NCBI GenBank assembly: GCA_900617105.1
Contig: UYFQ01000737.1
Coordinates: forward strand, 1-53,594
Reading direction: 5' to 3'
Source: Hydrurus foetidus
Taxonomy: Eukaryota
Length of the DNA stretch: 53,594 nt
Shown here: positions 41,912-50,940 of the stretch, piece by piece
Position numbering within the stretch: the first letter of the stretch is position 1
Layout: the number at the start of each line of letters is the position of its first letter
Made by a program: the position numbers and the translations under genes
The notes under the pieces: model-generated
Seen by the model: the letters and a program-made list of their open reading frames with translations, nothing else
Databases searched by the model: none
What the model was told of the DNA's origin: nothing

Positions 41912-42121
41912 TCAGGTCATTGATTTTTGCTTCGGTGACACACGCACCACCTTGCCCGCACGCATCACAATCAAAGCGGTGCCCGTTTGCTCCGCCAGTT
42001 GTCTTGCGCGCACTGCCGCTCGCTTGATTGCCGCCATCGACCCTCTGAAATCGGCATTGGCGTCGGCTGGCACCTGGCCATAGCTGGGCACGGGTTCACT
42101 GACGTGTTTGGGTGTTGTTAT
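41912..42121 (-). CDS. Small hypothetical protein not in the ORF track (start uncertain)
   Basis: Open frame ...ADFRGSMAAIKRAAVRARQLAEQTGTALIVMRAGKVVRVSP* directly after the RecG-like gene. Confidence 0.5.
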   Translation of the reverse strand: MTTPKHVSEPVPSYGQVPADANADFRGSMAAIKRAAVRARQLAEQTGTALIVMRAGKVVRVSPKQKSMT

Positions 42122-42131
42122 GGGTTGGTCG

Positions 42132-43015
42132 TCATTCAGACAGACCCTCTACCGCCCGATACGCTTGCTGTGGATCGTTCGGCTCCTGCGGATGGGTCAT
42201 CGCCAGTCTCCCTTCGCGCATCAGTGGGCGCAGGTAGTGCTGGCGGATGGTTTCCGGGCGACGGCGCAGCAGATCTGACAGTTCTTCGGTTCGCCATGCC
42301 CGAAGTTGGCACAAAGCAATCACTAGGGCGCGGACTTCCTCGGGAGGGTGTCTCTGCCCGATGGCACCCACACTGGCAGCCAGTTCGCCCGGCAAGCCGT
42401 TCAACAACTCACGGCGGCGGGCTTCATCAAACACCGTCTCCAGGGGGTTACTCAATAGGCTTGGGGGCTTACTTAATAAGCCTTCTGACTCACTAGATAA
42501 GGACGCGGGGTTACTGAATAAGGCTTCTGGCTTGGTAGATAAGCCGCTATCGACCAACCTTTCGGTCGGTACATAGTAAGTGGCCGAACCGCGCCCTTTT
42601 TGGGCCAGCAGCCCGGCATCGCGCAGACGGCGCAGGGACTGGCTGGCGGTCAGGGTGTCCACCTTGGTCAGCTCACGGTAGGTGCTGTTGTTGAGCGCGC
42701 CCGCCTCGCGCACCACGATCAGGGCTTTAGCCTCATCCTCGCTCAGGTGCAGTTCTTTGAACTGGGCCAGCCAGGCAATGTCTTCCGCACCCAGAAAGTG
42801 GTGAAAGAAGTAGCGGGCCACAAACTGGTCGTTACCCCGGTCGGACTCAAACAAGGGCGGCGTCAGGCCCGCCTGCTCCATGCTCTCGCGCATGACGCGA
42901 ATGCCGCTGCCTTTGGTTTCGGCCAGCCGCGTGTCGTACAGGGCGGCGGCTATCTTGGGGTTGCGCAATTGGGAGCCGGGTTCGCCCAGGTGGTCTTGCG
43001 ACTTGAGCGAGAAGC
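42132..43015 (-). pseudogene. 5'-truncated AlbA_2/HATPase_c_4 (RecG C-terminal-like) HTH protein
   Basis: [23 protein letters not shown], wHTH and C-terminal PNDPQQAY; 5' part replaced by the DUF2130 duplicate. Confidence 0.75.
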
Positions 43016-43238
43016 CGACCTAGCATCCAATAGCTTCAAAAAGGCGATCGATGAGATCGACAAATCCATCGACCACCTGCAGAAAACCAAGGACGCACTG
43101 CTTGGCACAGACCGGAACCTGCGCCTTGCCAACGATAAGGCGCAAGACGTGACGATCAAGAAGCTGACGCGGGGCAACCCGACGATGGCGGCCAAGTTCG
43201 CGGAGCTGAAGAATTCTGGTGCTGCCGACGCTGAATGA
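43016..43238 (+). pseudogene. Orphan 3' fragment of DUF2130 (repeat copy 2)
   Basis: [15 protein letters not shown]...NSGAADAE*, with no upstream part of the gene. Confidence 0.9.
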
Positions 43239-43300
43239 GCCGTGTTGGGGATGCCTGATGGGGGAGGCTTGATCTCGCTGGTCAGAGTCCCAGAGTGATT

Positions 43301-43362
43301 TGCTCTTATTTTGATAGCCGCTTGCGCACGTTACACGGGGGCTAGAGGCCGATTTGGCATCA
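43301..43362 (+). repeat. Dispersed ~55-bp repeat copy
   Basis: TTTTGATAGCCGCTTGCGCACGTTACACGGGGGCTAGAGGCCGATTTGGCA, abutting the PIN stop. Confidence 0.8.
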
Positions 43363-43935
43363 AATCAGCGTAACTGCCTCGCGCAGTAAATCCGCCGTCA
43401 TTGGCAGACCCCGTTTCTCAAACGCCGCAATCAGCTCTTGCGCTGGGCGTGCCGGGTTGGTCCAGCGGGCACGCATTTTCTTGATGGCTCTGAGCGCTGG
43501 TATTTCCTGCAACTGCAGTTGGTTCATCAAGAACTCATCGGGGTGCTGGACTTCAATGCCATAAGGCTGCAGCACCGTCGCCGGAAAGTCCTTGGTATTG
43601 AAGGTCACGATCGCGTCAGCGTGGCCAACAATGGCGGCGGCCACTACGTGGCGGTCGTCAGGGTCGGGCAATTCAATGCTGTCGGCCAATCTTTCGTAAT
43701 TCGTTACCAGGCAGTCGGGCACGCTGGCGTTCATCCGTTCGACGACCAGCGGTAATTTGGCGGCTAGTTCTGGCCGGTCTTTGGCCAGATTGCGTGTCCA
43801 CTCCGCATGAATCGTGGCGCTCCAGCGCGCAAGGTAAAGACGCTCAACGGCCAGGCTCAGCAGTGTGTCGCGGATCAATTGGGGATACAGGACATTGGCA
43901 TCCAGAATGGCCGTGTAACGCGCCGAGCCCGCCAC
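43360..43935 (-). CDS. PIN-domain toxin-like protein
   Basis: ILDANVLY, LPDPDDRHVVAAA, IVTFNTKDFP, HPDEFL. Confidence 0.9.
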   Translation of the reverse strand: MAGSARYTAILDANVLYPQLIRDTLLSLAVERLYLARWSATIHAEWTRNLAKDRPELAAKLPLVVERMNASVPDCLVTNYERLADSIELPDPDDRHVVAAAIVGHADAIVTFNTKDFPATVLQPYGIEVQHPDEFLMNQLQLQEIPALRAIKKMRARWTNPARPAQELIAAFEKRGLPMTADLLREAVTLI

Positions 43936-44412
43936 TTAAAACTCCAGCCCCAGCTCTTCAGACAGTTTGGTCAGCTCTTGCAGGGCCTGTTCAGATTGCT
44001 GCTGCTGCGCGGCCTGGTAGCGGCGCAGTTCTTCAAATTCGATGCGGCGGTGGCGGTTGACCTTGCGGCATTTGAGGCGGTTGGCTTCGATTTCCTTGAT
44101 CACAAAGGGGCGTGACACGTTCAAAAAATTGGCTGCTTCTTGGGTGGTGAGTTCGTGTTTTTGCGGCACCAGCAGCATGGGCTCTTGCTTGGCCATTTGC
44201 CGCAACACGTCAGCAAAAAAGCGCAAGGCGCGGGGTGGAAGCTTCAACACGGGTGTTTCGTGTTTTTCGTTGCCATCCGTGCCCACATCCAGAATGAGGT
44301 TGATGTGGTCTGCTTTGGAATGGTCCAACGCCGTCACCAGGCATTGGTGGGCCACGGCTGCCATTTCGGCTTCGGCTGCGTTGGCGGGGTCTAGTACTTC
44401 TTGGTCTTTCAT
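43936..44412 (-). CDS. Excisionase-like HTH_17 protein, probable partner antitoxin of the PIN protein
   Basis: ELTTQEAANFLNVSRPFVIK...HRRI; abuts the PIN start. Confidence 0.85.
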   Translation of the reverse strand: MKDQEVLDPANAAEAEMAAVAHQCLVTALDHSKADHINLILDVGTDGNEKHETPVLKLPPRALRFFADVLRQMAKQEPMLLVPQKHELTTQEAANFLNVSRPFVIKEIEANRLKCRKVNRHRRIEFEELRRYQAAQQQQSEQALQELTKLSEELGLEF

Positions 44413-44567
44413 GGGGTTCTCCTTCGCGCAGCGCCCTTGGGGTCCGGTCAGTCGCAATAGTTGGAATCCTAGCATTATTCGCAATAAACGAAATTATCGA
44501 AGCGAATGAATTTGCTTGCTGGGTATTTGACCGGCCTGACCATTGAGGACTTCATCGCTAGCCTGCA

Positions 44568-44800
44568 ACCCGCTTCAAACCTGGCGCAGCCAACGTGGGC
44601 GCACAAATTCTGGATTTGTGGTTGCACCAATACTTGCGTCCCAAGCTGGATTTCCGTTTTGATGCGTTTGACTATCAAGGCCAGCCATGCCGACAAAGAG
44701 GCCCGGCTGTGGGCAAGGCTGAATACGTGGGCCGATTGGTCAGCCGAGCTGGTGGAGGTGCATATTACCGGGCGCATTCTCGGTGAGCAGTACACCCACG
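44568..44800 (+). pseudogene. Internally deleted remnant of an AlbA_2/RecG-like ATP-binding protein
   Basis: Three stitched patches: VGAQILDLWLHQYLRPKLDFRF, HADKEARLWARL..DWSAELV and VHITGRILGEQYT. Confidence 0.45.
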
Positions 44801-44816
44801 TTGGGCTGGCCTTTTG

Positions 44817-45857
44817 CTAGAGGCTGGGCGCCGCCTCTGGCACTGGCGACACCTGGGCAATCATGGATTCGATGCGGGCATTGGCGTTGCGCGGGCGCAT
44901 GTGCAGGCGCGGGTGCTGCAGCGCAAACACGCGGAACAGCTCGTCGGCAAAGGCCTGGCCGATGGCTTCTACGCCATCAAAGTCCAGGTCTACGGTGTCA
45001 AAGGCTTCCAGCCGGTTGGCAATGCGTTTGGCTTGGGCGCGCGATTCGAGCTGCTCGCCCGGCGCATGGGCCAGGCGCATGGACACCTCGGTGCGTGAGA
45101 AGCTGCGGTCGTCCGAGCTGCGGGCATGCGCCGCAAACACATCGTCCAGCGTGCGGGTGGAGTTGAGCGCCAGCGACATGAAGATGGCCGTGCCCGACAC
45201 GGCCAGCGGGTTGGCCTTGAGCCAATCGCGGCGCTGCCAGTGGCTGTGCTGGTAGGTGAGCTGGTTGGCGTACAGGTCAAACACATCAAACAGCCGCGAG
45301 GTAAAAAACAGGCCGCGCCCGGTGTGTCGGTCCGGCTGGGTGGTGAGCTTGCCCTTGCTCAGCTCTAGCAGTGCGAGTTGCGGGCTGGCGATCTGAAAGG
45401 CGTTTTGAATCCGCTCGAACACGCCGCAGCCGTCATCGCGGATCAGCAAGTGCAAATGGGTTTTGTTTTGCCGCATCGATACCGTGACGCGCGTGCCACC
45501 GCTGTGGTCCACACAGTTGTTCAGCAACTCGGTGAATGCGTGGTGGGCCAGGCGGGTGATGTGATCGGGCAACGAAAAACAGGGGGCAAAGTCCAGCTCC
45601 CACGGCGTTTGCTCGTCCAGTCCCGCGAGTCCGTAGCTGCGGCTCACGTCACGCAGCACTGCGGGCTTGTAGATGGGGCGGGAGGCGGCGCCTTCGCGGG
45701 TGATCCAGCCTTCGTCGATCAGCGTGCGCAGCCATTTGCCCATGGTGGAGCGGCTCACACCAAACTGGGTGGCCAAATCCGCGCACAGGCGTGTGGGGTT
45801 GGCCACCGCACGGGCAGTGATCATGGATTTGAGTTGTTTCAACTGCGCTGGCGACAT
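44817..45857 (-). CDS. HTH + HATPase_c + STAS-like (DUF4325) protein
   Basis: N-terminal HTH (FGVSRSTMGKWL), TELLNNCVDHS, DDGCG, GRGLFF, LDFDGVEAIGQAFADELF. Confidence 0.82.
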   Translation of the reverse strand: MSPAQLKQLKSMITARAVANPTRLCADLATQFGVSRSTMGKWLRTLIDEGWITREGAASRPIYKPAVLRDVSRSYGLAGLDEQTPWELDFAPCFSLPDHITRLAHHAFTELLNNCVDHSGGTRVTVSMRQNKTHLHLLIRDDGCGVFERIQNAFQIASPQLALLELSKGKLTTQPDRHTGRGLFFTSRLFDVFDLYANQLTYQHSHWQRRDWLKANPLAVSGTAIFMSLALNSTRTLDDVFAAHARSSDDRSFSRTEVSMRLAHAPGEQLESRAQAKRIANRLEAFDTVDLDFDGVEAIGQAFADELFRVFALQHPRLHMRPRNANARIESMIAQVSPVPEAAPSL

Positions 45858-45963
45858 GGGCACTCCACACGGACGACTACTGGGTACAGGCAGAGTGTGC
45901 CACCAAGTGGTGTACCGGAAGAACGCGACGTCAGCGGTCTTGCCGCTTTGCTTGGTTTCGTGG

Positions 45964-46015
45964 CTTTGGCTGCTTGCGCATATTCCATGAGGGCTAGCGG
46001 CCTATTTGGCACTCA
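45964..46015 (+). repeat. Dispersed ~55-bp repeat copy
   Basis: GGCTGCTTGCGCATATTCCATGAGGGCTAGCGGCCTATTTGGCAC, abutting the GSU2403 stop. Confidence 0.8.
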
Positions 46016-46954
46016 AGCCTGCGGCAGATATGTATCCAGCAGTGTTTGCACTGCATCCGCTTGCAGCACATCCCGGCGGCGCTTGAGGGCTTCGCGGTCG
46101 GGTTGGTTGGCCATCCAGCGTTTGAACGCGACAAAGGTGACCGGGTGCACCGTGTTCATGCGCGCCATGGTGCCGTTGGTGGCCACGATGACGGCCGAAA
46201 AGGCGGGGGAGTCCAGCAGCACATTGGCGCGGCGGGCCTGCACCACCCAAAAGTCGTCATCCTCGTCACTGAGCTTGATCGGATGCGGGTCGTCGCCTGC
46301 GCGCTCACGGCGGATGATGTCCACTTCAAAGCCGTCTTTGTTGACGGCGGTGTATTTTTGACTTTTGCGGATGCGGAATGTGTTGTCCACCTTCTTCAGC
46401 ACGCCCAGCATGGAACTGTCTACCTTGGCAAGCTGGGTTGAGAAGAGGATGCGCTTGCGGGTGTCCCACAGCAGGTCCATGTCGCGGGTGGCTAGCGTGT
46501 CAGAGTCCAGCCGCACCCCGGCGGTGGCCTCATAAGCGTAGAGCGCGTGGGTGCCCACCACCCTGAAGTGCGGGCTTAGTTGGGTGCTGGCCAGGCGGCC
46601 CAGCAATGCCACCACCAGCGGGTCCACGCGGCCCACGCGCAAGGCGCGGTTGAGGCGCTGGTGTTGTTCCAGCGCAGCTTTGAGGCCAGACACGCGCTCT
46701 GCGCTTTCCCGCTTGCGCTTGGTAAAGCGCTCATAAATGGCTTCGGTGTCGGTTGTGCGGGTTCCGAGGCTGGTCTCGGCTCCGGCGGGTGTCGTGCGCA
46801 CCAGGTATTTGGCTTCGGGGGCAGCAGCAGGCCCGGCATGCCAGTACATGCCGCCGCGCACGTGGGCGGCTTCCTCTTGGGCTTCTTCCAAGGCCTCAAA
46901 GGTGGAAACGGCATCGATGTACTGGCGAGCGATGGTGGCGCTGGTTTCTAGCAT
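46013..46954 (-). CDS. GSU2403-family nucleotidyltransferase-fold protein
   Basis: VVGTHALYAYE, ATRDMDLLWD, FVAFKRW, KRRRDVLQA. Confidence 0.8.
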   Translation of the reverse strand: MLETSATIARQYIDAVSTFEALEEAQEEAAHVRGGMYWHAGPAAAPEAKYLVRTTPAGAETSLGTRTTDTEAIYERFTKRKRESAERVSGLKAALEQHQRLNRALRVGRVDPLVVALLGRLASTQLSPHFRVVGTHALYAYEATAGVRLDSDTLATRDMDLLWDTRKRILFSTQLAKVDSSMLGVLKKVDNTFRIRKSQKYTAVNKDGFEVDIIRRERAGDDPHPIKLSDEDDDFWVVQARRANVLLDSPAFSAVIVATNGTMARMNTVHPVTFVAFKRWMANQPDREALKRRRDVLQADAVQTLLDTYLPQA

Positions 46955-47039
46955 TTCGGTATGTTACCGCAATACTAAATTTCATACCGTAAAGTCATTA
47001 ATTTCAACAACTTACGAGTTTTGTATTTCACTATTTTGA

Positions 47040-47268
47040 TGGCGAACAGGTGTTGCCGCTTGAGCGTCGCGTAGAAAGCGTGGGCGGCCGAGTCTTGTTG
47101 CAGCGCCGCCAAAAAGTCTTCAGGGATCAGCATGGTGGCGCTGCCGGCGTAGGCGCTGGCCTTTTTGAAGATGCGCACCCACAGCTCGGTCTCGCTGGCG
47201 TGGTTCACCCGCAGCCACGCGTGGAGCTGCTCGGGTGCTTCAAACGTGTGGTGTACTTTATTGCTCAT
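47040..47268 (-). pseudogene. YdeI/OmpD-associated family remnant with internal deletion
   Basis: AWLRVNHASETELWVRIFKK fused directly to AYAGSATMLIPEDFLAAL...FYATL. Confidence 0.7.
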
Positions 47269-47322
47269 GAATTGATAGCTGCTGGCGCATATTCCATAGG
47301 GGCTAGCGGCCTATTTGGCACA
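47262..47322 (+). repeat. Dispersed ~55-bp repeat copy
   Basis: TTGATAGCTGCTGGCGCATATTCCATAGGGGCTAGCGGCCTATTTGGCAC; contains the Fic stop codon. Confidence 0.85.
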
Positions 47323-48462
47323 TAGCTCGTACCCCGTACTCCGCCCGCCGCCCTCCAGCCGGCGCAGCACGCCGCGCTCCAGCAGGTCGTTGATGTCGCG
47401 CAGCGCCGTGTCTGCAGAGCATTTTCCAATCGCCGCCCACTTGGCGTTGGTGAGCTTGCCCTCCATGCCGTCCGGTGCGCGGTCTAGTAGGTGGTTCAGC
47501 ACCAGCGTTTGCCGCGCGTTCATGGACGTACCTGCCCAGCGTTGCCAAAACTGGGCTTTGTCCAGCACGCCGGCCAGCACGCCATCGGCGCCCTGCACGG
47601 CGCGCAGCAGGCAGGCCAAAAACCAGTCCAGCCAGGGCGTCACATCCAGCGTGCCGCGCTGGGTGGCTTCTAGCTGGTCGTAATACTGTTTGCGCTCGCG
47701 CTGTATTTGGGCGCTGAGGCTGTAAAACCTTTGGGCTGTGCCCTCTGCACGCGCCAGCGCCATGTCGCCCACGGCGCGGCTGATGCGGCCGTTGCCGTCG
47801 TCAAACGGGTGCAGGGTGACGAGCCACAGGTGGGCCAGCCCCGCGTGGATGAGGGGGTCGCTTGTTGGAGTGACTGGGGCGGCGTTAAACCATTGCAGAA
47901 AAGCAGCAGTCTCTGCGGGTAGTGCGGTGGCGGGTGGGGCCTCAAAGTGCACGTTCTCTTTGCCCACGGGACCAGACACCACTTGCATAGGGCCTGCGGC
48001 GTCGTTGCGCCAGGCACCCACCTGGATGCGCACCCGGCCGCTGTAGCCGGTGGGGAACAGCGCCGCGTGCCAGCCAAACAGGCGCTCGGCCGTGAGCGGT
48101 TGGGCGTGTTGCCGGGTGGCGTCTAGCACCATGTCGACCACGCCGTCCACGTGGCGGTCGGCGGGCGCCAGCGCTCCTATGTCCACACCCAGCCTGCGGG
48201 CGATGGAGGAGCGCACGACGTCCAGGTTGAGCGCCTCGCCTTCGATGGCGCTGGTGGTGATGACTTCTTGTGTAAGGGCTTGCAGCGTGGCCTGGTCGCG
48301 CTGCGCCAGCCCCAGCTCGGCCATGCGGCCCGCCAGATGGCCCTGCGCACGGTGCACCTGCGCCAGCGGCACGGCCAGCGCAGCCGCGTCAAACCGCCAC
48401 TGCGGCCAGCCGGGGCGCTGCCAGAGATAGGTGCGGCGGCGAAGGGGTTTGTCTAGAAACAT
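47311..48462 (-). CDS. Fic family protein (DUF4172 N-terminus, C-terminal HTH)
   Basis: YLWQRPGWPQW, HPFDDGNGRISR, GGGRSTGY. Confidence 0.93.
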   Translation of the reverse strand: MFLDKPLRRRTYLWQRPGWPQWRFDAAALAVPLAQVHRAQGHLAGRMAELGLAQRDQATLQALTQEVITTSAIEGEALNLDVVRSSIARRLGVDIGALAPADRHVDGVVDMVLDATRQHAQPLTAERLFGWHAALFPTGYSGRVRIQVGAWRNDAAGPMQVVSGPVGKENVHFEAPPATALPAETAAFLQWFNAAPVTPTSDPLIHAGLAHLWLVTLHPFDDGNGRISRAVGDMALARAEGTAQRFYSLSAQIQRERKQYYDQLEATQRGTLDVTPWLDWFLACLLRAVQGADGVLAGVLDKAQFWQRWAGTSMNARQTLVLNHLLDRAPDGMEGKLTNAKWAAIGKCSADTALRDINDLLERGVLRRLEGGGRSTGYELCAK

Positions 48463-48524
48463 GCGGTGATTATGCGACACATTCACCGCTTTATATGCGG
48501 CGAATGTTGCACTCATTCACCGCA
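48462..48524. promoter_or_regulatory. Tandem inverted repeats upstream of fic (operator candidates)
   Basis: TGCGGTGA...TCACCGC (48462-48489) and TGCGGCGAATG...CATTCACCGCA (48496-48524). Confidence 0.55.
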
Positions 48525-48537
48525 AACCTTCTGGATT

Positions 48538-48598
48538 TGCTACGATTTTAGTAGCTGCTCGTGCATATTCCATAAGGGCTAGCGGCCGATTTGGCTTA
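48538..48598 (+). repeat. Dispersed ~55-bp repeat copy
   Basis: TAGTAGCTGCTCGTGCATATTCCATAAGGGCTAGCGGCCGATTTGGC; contains the yjjJ stop codon. Confidence 0.85.
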
Positions 48599-49955
48599 GA
48601 TAGTCTGCCGCTATCTGCCGGAACCCGGCGGATATGCGCGCATCGGCACTGGCCGCCGCCCAGAAGCTGCGGGCCAGGGCCAGCGCCTGCGGCCACTCGG
48701 GCAGGGTGGCGGCGGTGGGCTGCAGGGGGCGCGCTGCAAAGTTGCGGGGCACCAGCTCGCCGCCCACGGGGGCGTAGAGCATGGGCAGCATGTCGTAGGC
48801 GGGGGCCAGGGCCCAGTCGTCGCCATCGAGCAGCAAGGAGATGTTGCCGTAGTGCCGGTCGGTGTTGGCAATCAGCGCCCCAAAGGCCTCCAGCAGGCGC
48901 AGGGTGCGCGCATCGGCAGGGCGCAGCAGCCCGCGCTCTTGCATGCGGTTGGCGGTGGCGGCCCAGTTGTCCATGGCGCCTACGTACTCGGCGTCGTACA
49001 CCATGAGCGACACCATGCCGATGCGCCCCAGGCCCAGTGGGTTGGCGGCGTCGATGGGCGTGCGGTCAAAGCGCTCCACTTCCAAGAATACGCGGCCCGC
49101 GCCGGTGCTGATGCGGCTGGTGGCGGCAGCAATGCCGGCACTGGCCAGCGTTTGCAAGGCCAGGTGTTCGCAGACCAGCAGGTCGCGGGTGCGCTGGTCG
49201 GTGGGGGCATCTCCCGCAGGAGAGAACTTGACCAGCACATGGCGGGCCGCATCACCCGCGGCGCTGCCGGGCGCGGGCGCGCTGCCGCCCACGGTGGTGC
49301 AAAACTTGGGCTGCTCGCCCCCTGCGGACGAGCCGCCCATGCTGCCCTGCATGGCCGCATCGGCCAGGGCCGGGTAGTCCGCGATGGACACCACGCGGCT
49401 GGCCCGCTGGGGCAGGGTGTGAAAGCGCGCAAACGCCGCCTCGCCCACCACCAGGTTGCCGGGCAGGTCGTCGCCGCACAGGGCCAGGGCGCGCAGCACG
49501 TCGTCGTCGCTCCAGAAGCGGGGGTCGTTGCCCAGTTGCAACTCGGGGTGGGTGTTGGCAAAGGTGCGGCCCATAAAGCCCTGCGGGCGCATGTCGTCCA
49601 GAAACCAGGGCAGGCCGTCAAAGCGCTTGGAGAGGCCGTCTTCTTCATCCACCCACACGGCGCCGCTGGTCAGAGGCACCATGCGGCCGAACGGGCTGGG
49701 CTGGCCCTGCGCGTTAATGCGCATCACCGGCACGCTGCGGCCCACGTCGCGCACGGTGCGCGGCAGCACATAGCGCTGCTTGCGGGCCGCCCCCACCTTT
49801 TGCACCTCGCCCGCCTGAATCAGCGGGGCCAGCGCGCGCGACACGGTGGGCTGGCTCACCCGCAGCAAGGCTTGCAGCTCCGCGCTGCTCAGCGCACCGC
49901 CCTGGCGGCGTAGGGCTTGCAAGATGTCTGCGGAGAGGTCTTGGGTGGCGGCCAT
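48579..49955 (-). CDS. yjjJ: HipA-family kinase toxin with N-terminal HTH (YjjJ type)
   Basis: VSQPTVSRAL HTH, LPWFLDDMRPQGFMGR, GSSAGGEQPKF, NTDRHYGN, LAPAYDMLPM. Confidence 0.88.
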   Translation of the reverse strand: MAATQDLSADILQALRRQGGALSSAELQALLRVSQPTVSRALAPLIQAGEVQKVGAARKQRYVLPRTVRDVGRSVPVMRINAQGQPSPFGRMVPLTSGAVWVDEEDGLSKRFDGLPWFLDDMRPQGFMGRTFANTHPELQLGNDPRFWSDDDVLRALALCGDDLPGNLVVGEAAFARFHTLPQRASRVVSIADYPALADAAMQGSMGGSSAGGEQPKFCTTVGGSAPAPGSAAGDAARHVLVKFSPAGDAPTDQRTRDLLVCEHLALQTLASAGIAAATSRISTGAGRVFLEVERFDRTPIDAANPLGLGRIGMVSLMVYDAEYVGAMDNWAATANRMQERGLLRPADARTLRLLEAFGALIANTDRHYGNISLLLDGDDWALAPAYDMLPMLYAPVGGELVPRNFAARPLQPTAATLPEWPQALALARSFWAAASADARISAGFRQIAADYLSQIGR

Positions 49956-50048
49956 GAATGATTATATGAATAGATTTAATTTACAACATATTGTTTTAAA
50001 TCAATCACTTAATCTATTAATTGAATAGATATTGATGGTCGCACACAC

Positions 50049-50516
50049 TTACTTCACCGGTATCGGCAACTCCGCCGGAACCGGCACCGCCGTCACGCTG
50101 TTCTTGGGGCTGCCGTCGATGATTTTGTCGGAGTACACCAGGTAGACCAGGGTGTTGCGCTTCACATCCACCATGCGCACCACGCGCACGTGCTTGAAGA
50201 GGAAGGAGGCGCTGGCCTTGAACACTTCGTCTTGCTTGTCCAGCTTCTCTTTGAAGCTGATGGGCCCCACCTGGCGGCAGGCCACGGCGGCGTCTGACGT
50301 GTCTTCTGCCAAGCCCAGCGCTCCGGCGTAGCCGCCGGTTTTGGCGTGCGACAAATAGCAGGCCACGCCATTCACCGCCGGGTCGTCAAACACGTCGACC
50401 ACCACCTTGTCGTTGGGGCTGAGCAGTTTGAAGGTGGTGCTGACAGCGCCAATGGTCTCGGCGCTGGCGGCCAGCGCTAGGCTGCTGAGCAGCAGCGCGG
50501 TGAATAGTGTTTTCAT
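50049..50516 (-). CDS. creA: CreA family protein
   Basis: FDDPAVNGVACYLS, ACRQVGPI, YSDKIIDGSPKNS. Confidence 0.9.
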   Translation of the reverse strand: MKTLFTALLLSSLALAASAETIGAVSTTFKLLSPNDKVVVDVFDDPAVNGVACYLSHAKTGGYAGALGLAEDTSDAAVACRQVGPISFKEKLDKQDEVFKASASFLFKHVRVVRMVDVKRNTLVYLVYSDKIIDGSPKNSVTAVPVPAELPIPVK

Positions 50517-50584
50517 TGCAGACTCTCTTGCTAAAAATAGGGCGGGGGCTTGATTGTGGCCCCACACACACACAGGCCGCCACG

Positions 50585-50670
50585 CCCATGCGCCCACTGG
50601 AGGTGATGCCCTGGGGCCAGACGATTGCCTGTGTGGCCGACATCAACGGCTTTTTGGTGGAGCTGCGCAC
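50585..50670 (+). pseudogene. C-terminal fragment of a VOC/glyoxalase gene
   Basis: PLEVMPWGQTIACVADINGFLVEL, with no N-terminal part. Confidence 0.5.
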
Positions 50671-50932
50671 GCACTGCCAGCACAAAGACCGTGTCGATAG
50701 CCGCCACATAGAGGTACAGCGCCACCTACCCGCGCGTGGCGCGGCCGATGACGAGTTCGCGTTTGCCGTCTTTCACGGGGCGCCCAATCAACGGGCTGCG
50801 GGTGAGGATTTGGATGGCGTCCAGAATGTCGCCGATGCGTTGGGGTGCAGAGCCCGCGTCAAACTGGGCGATGTGGTCAAAGAAGCGGCCGAAGTCGTCC
50901 AAGACTTCGGGGGGCAACTCGATGCGCGTCAT
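50660..50932 (-). pseudogene. RelE/ParE toxin with in-frame amber stop
   Basis: MTRIELPPEVLDD...PLIGRP...RELVIG..RG-TAG(50726-28)-VALYLY...VFVLAVR; the TAG sits where Tyr is expected. Confidence 0.8.
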
Positions 50933-50940
50933 GCCCAGGG

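Noticed and set aside
42600..43238. 212-aa plus-strand ORF as a real gene
   Set aside because: It is the antisense of the RecG-like remnant read through into the duplicated DUF2130 tail
43936..44412. Excisionase as evidence of a prophage or ICE
   Set aside because: No integrase or phage genes nearby; HTH_17 plus PIN is a common toxin-antitoxin-like pair
50563..50574. (CA)n run upstream of creA as a phase-variation tract
   Set aside because: Only about six units, with no evidence linking it to a promoter
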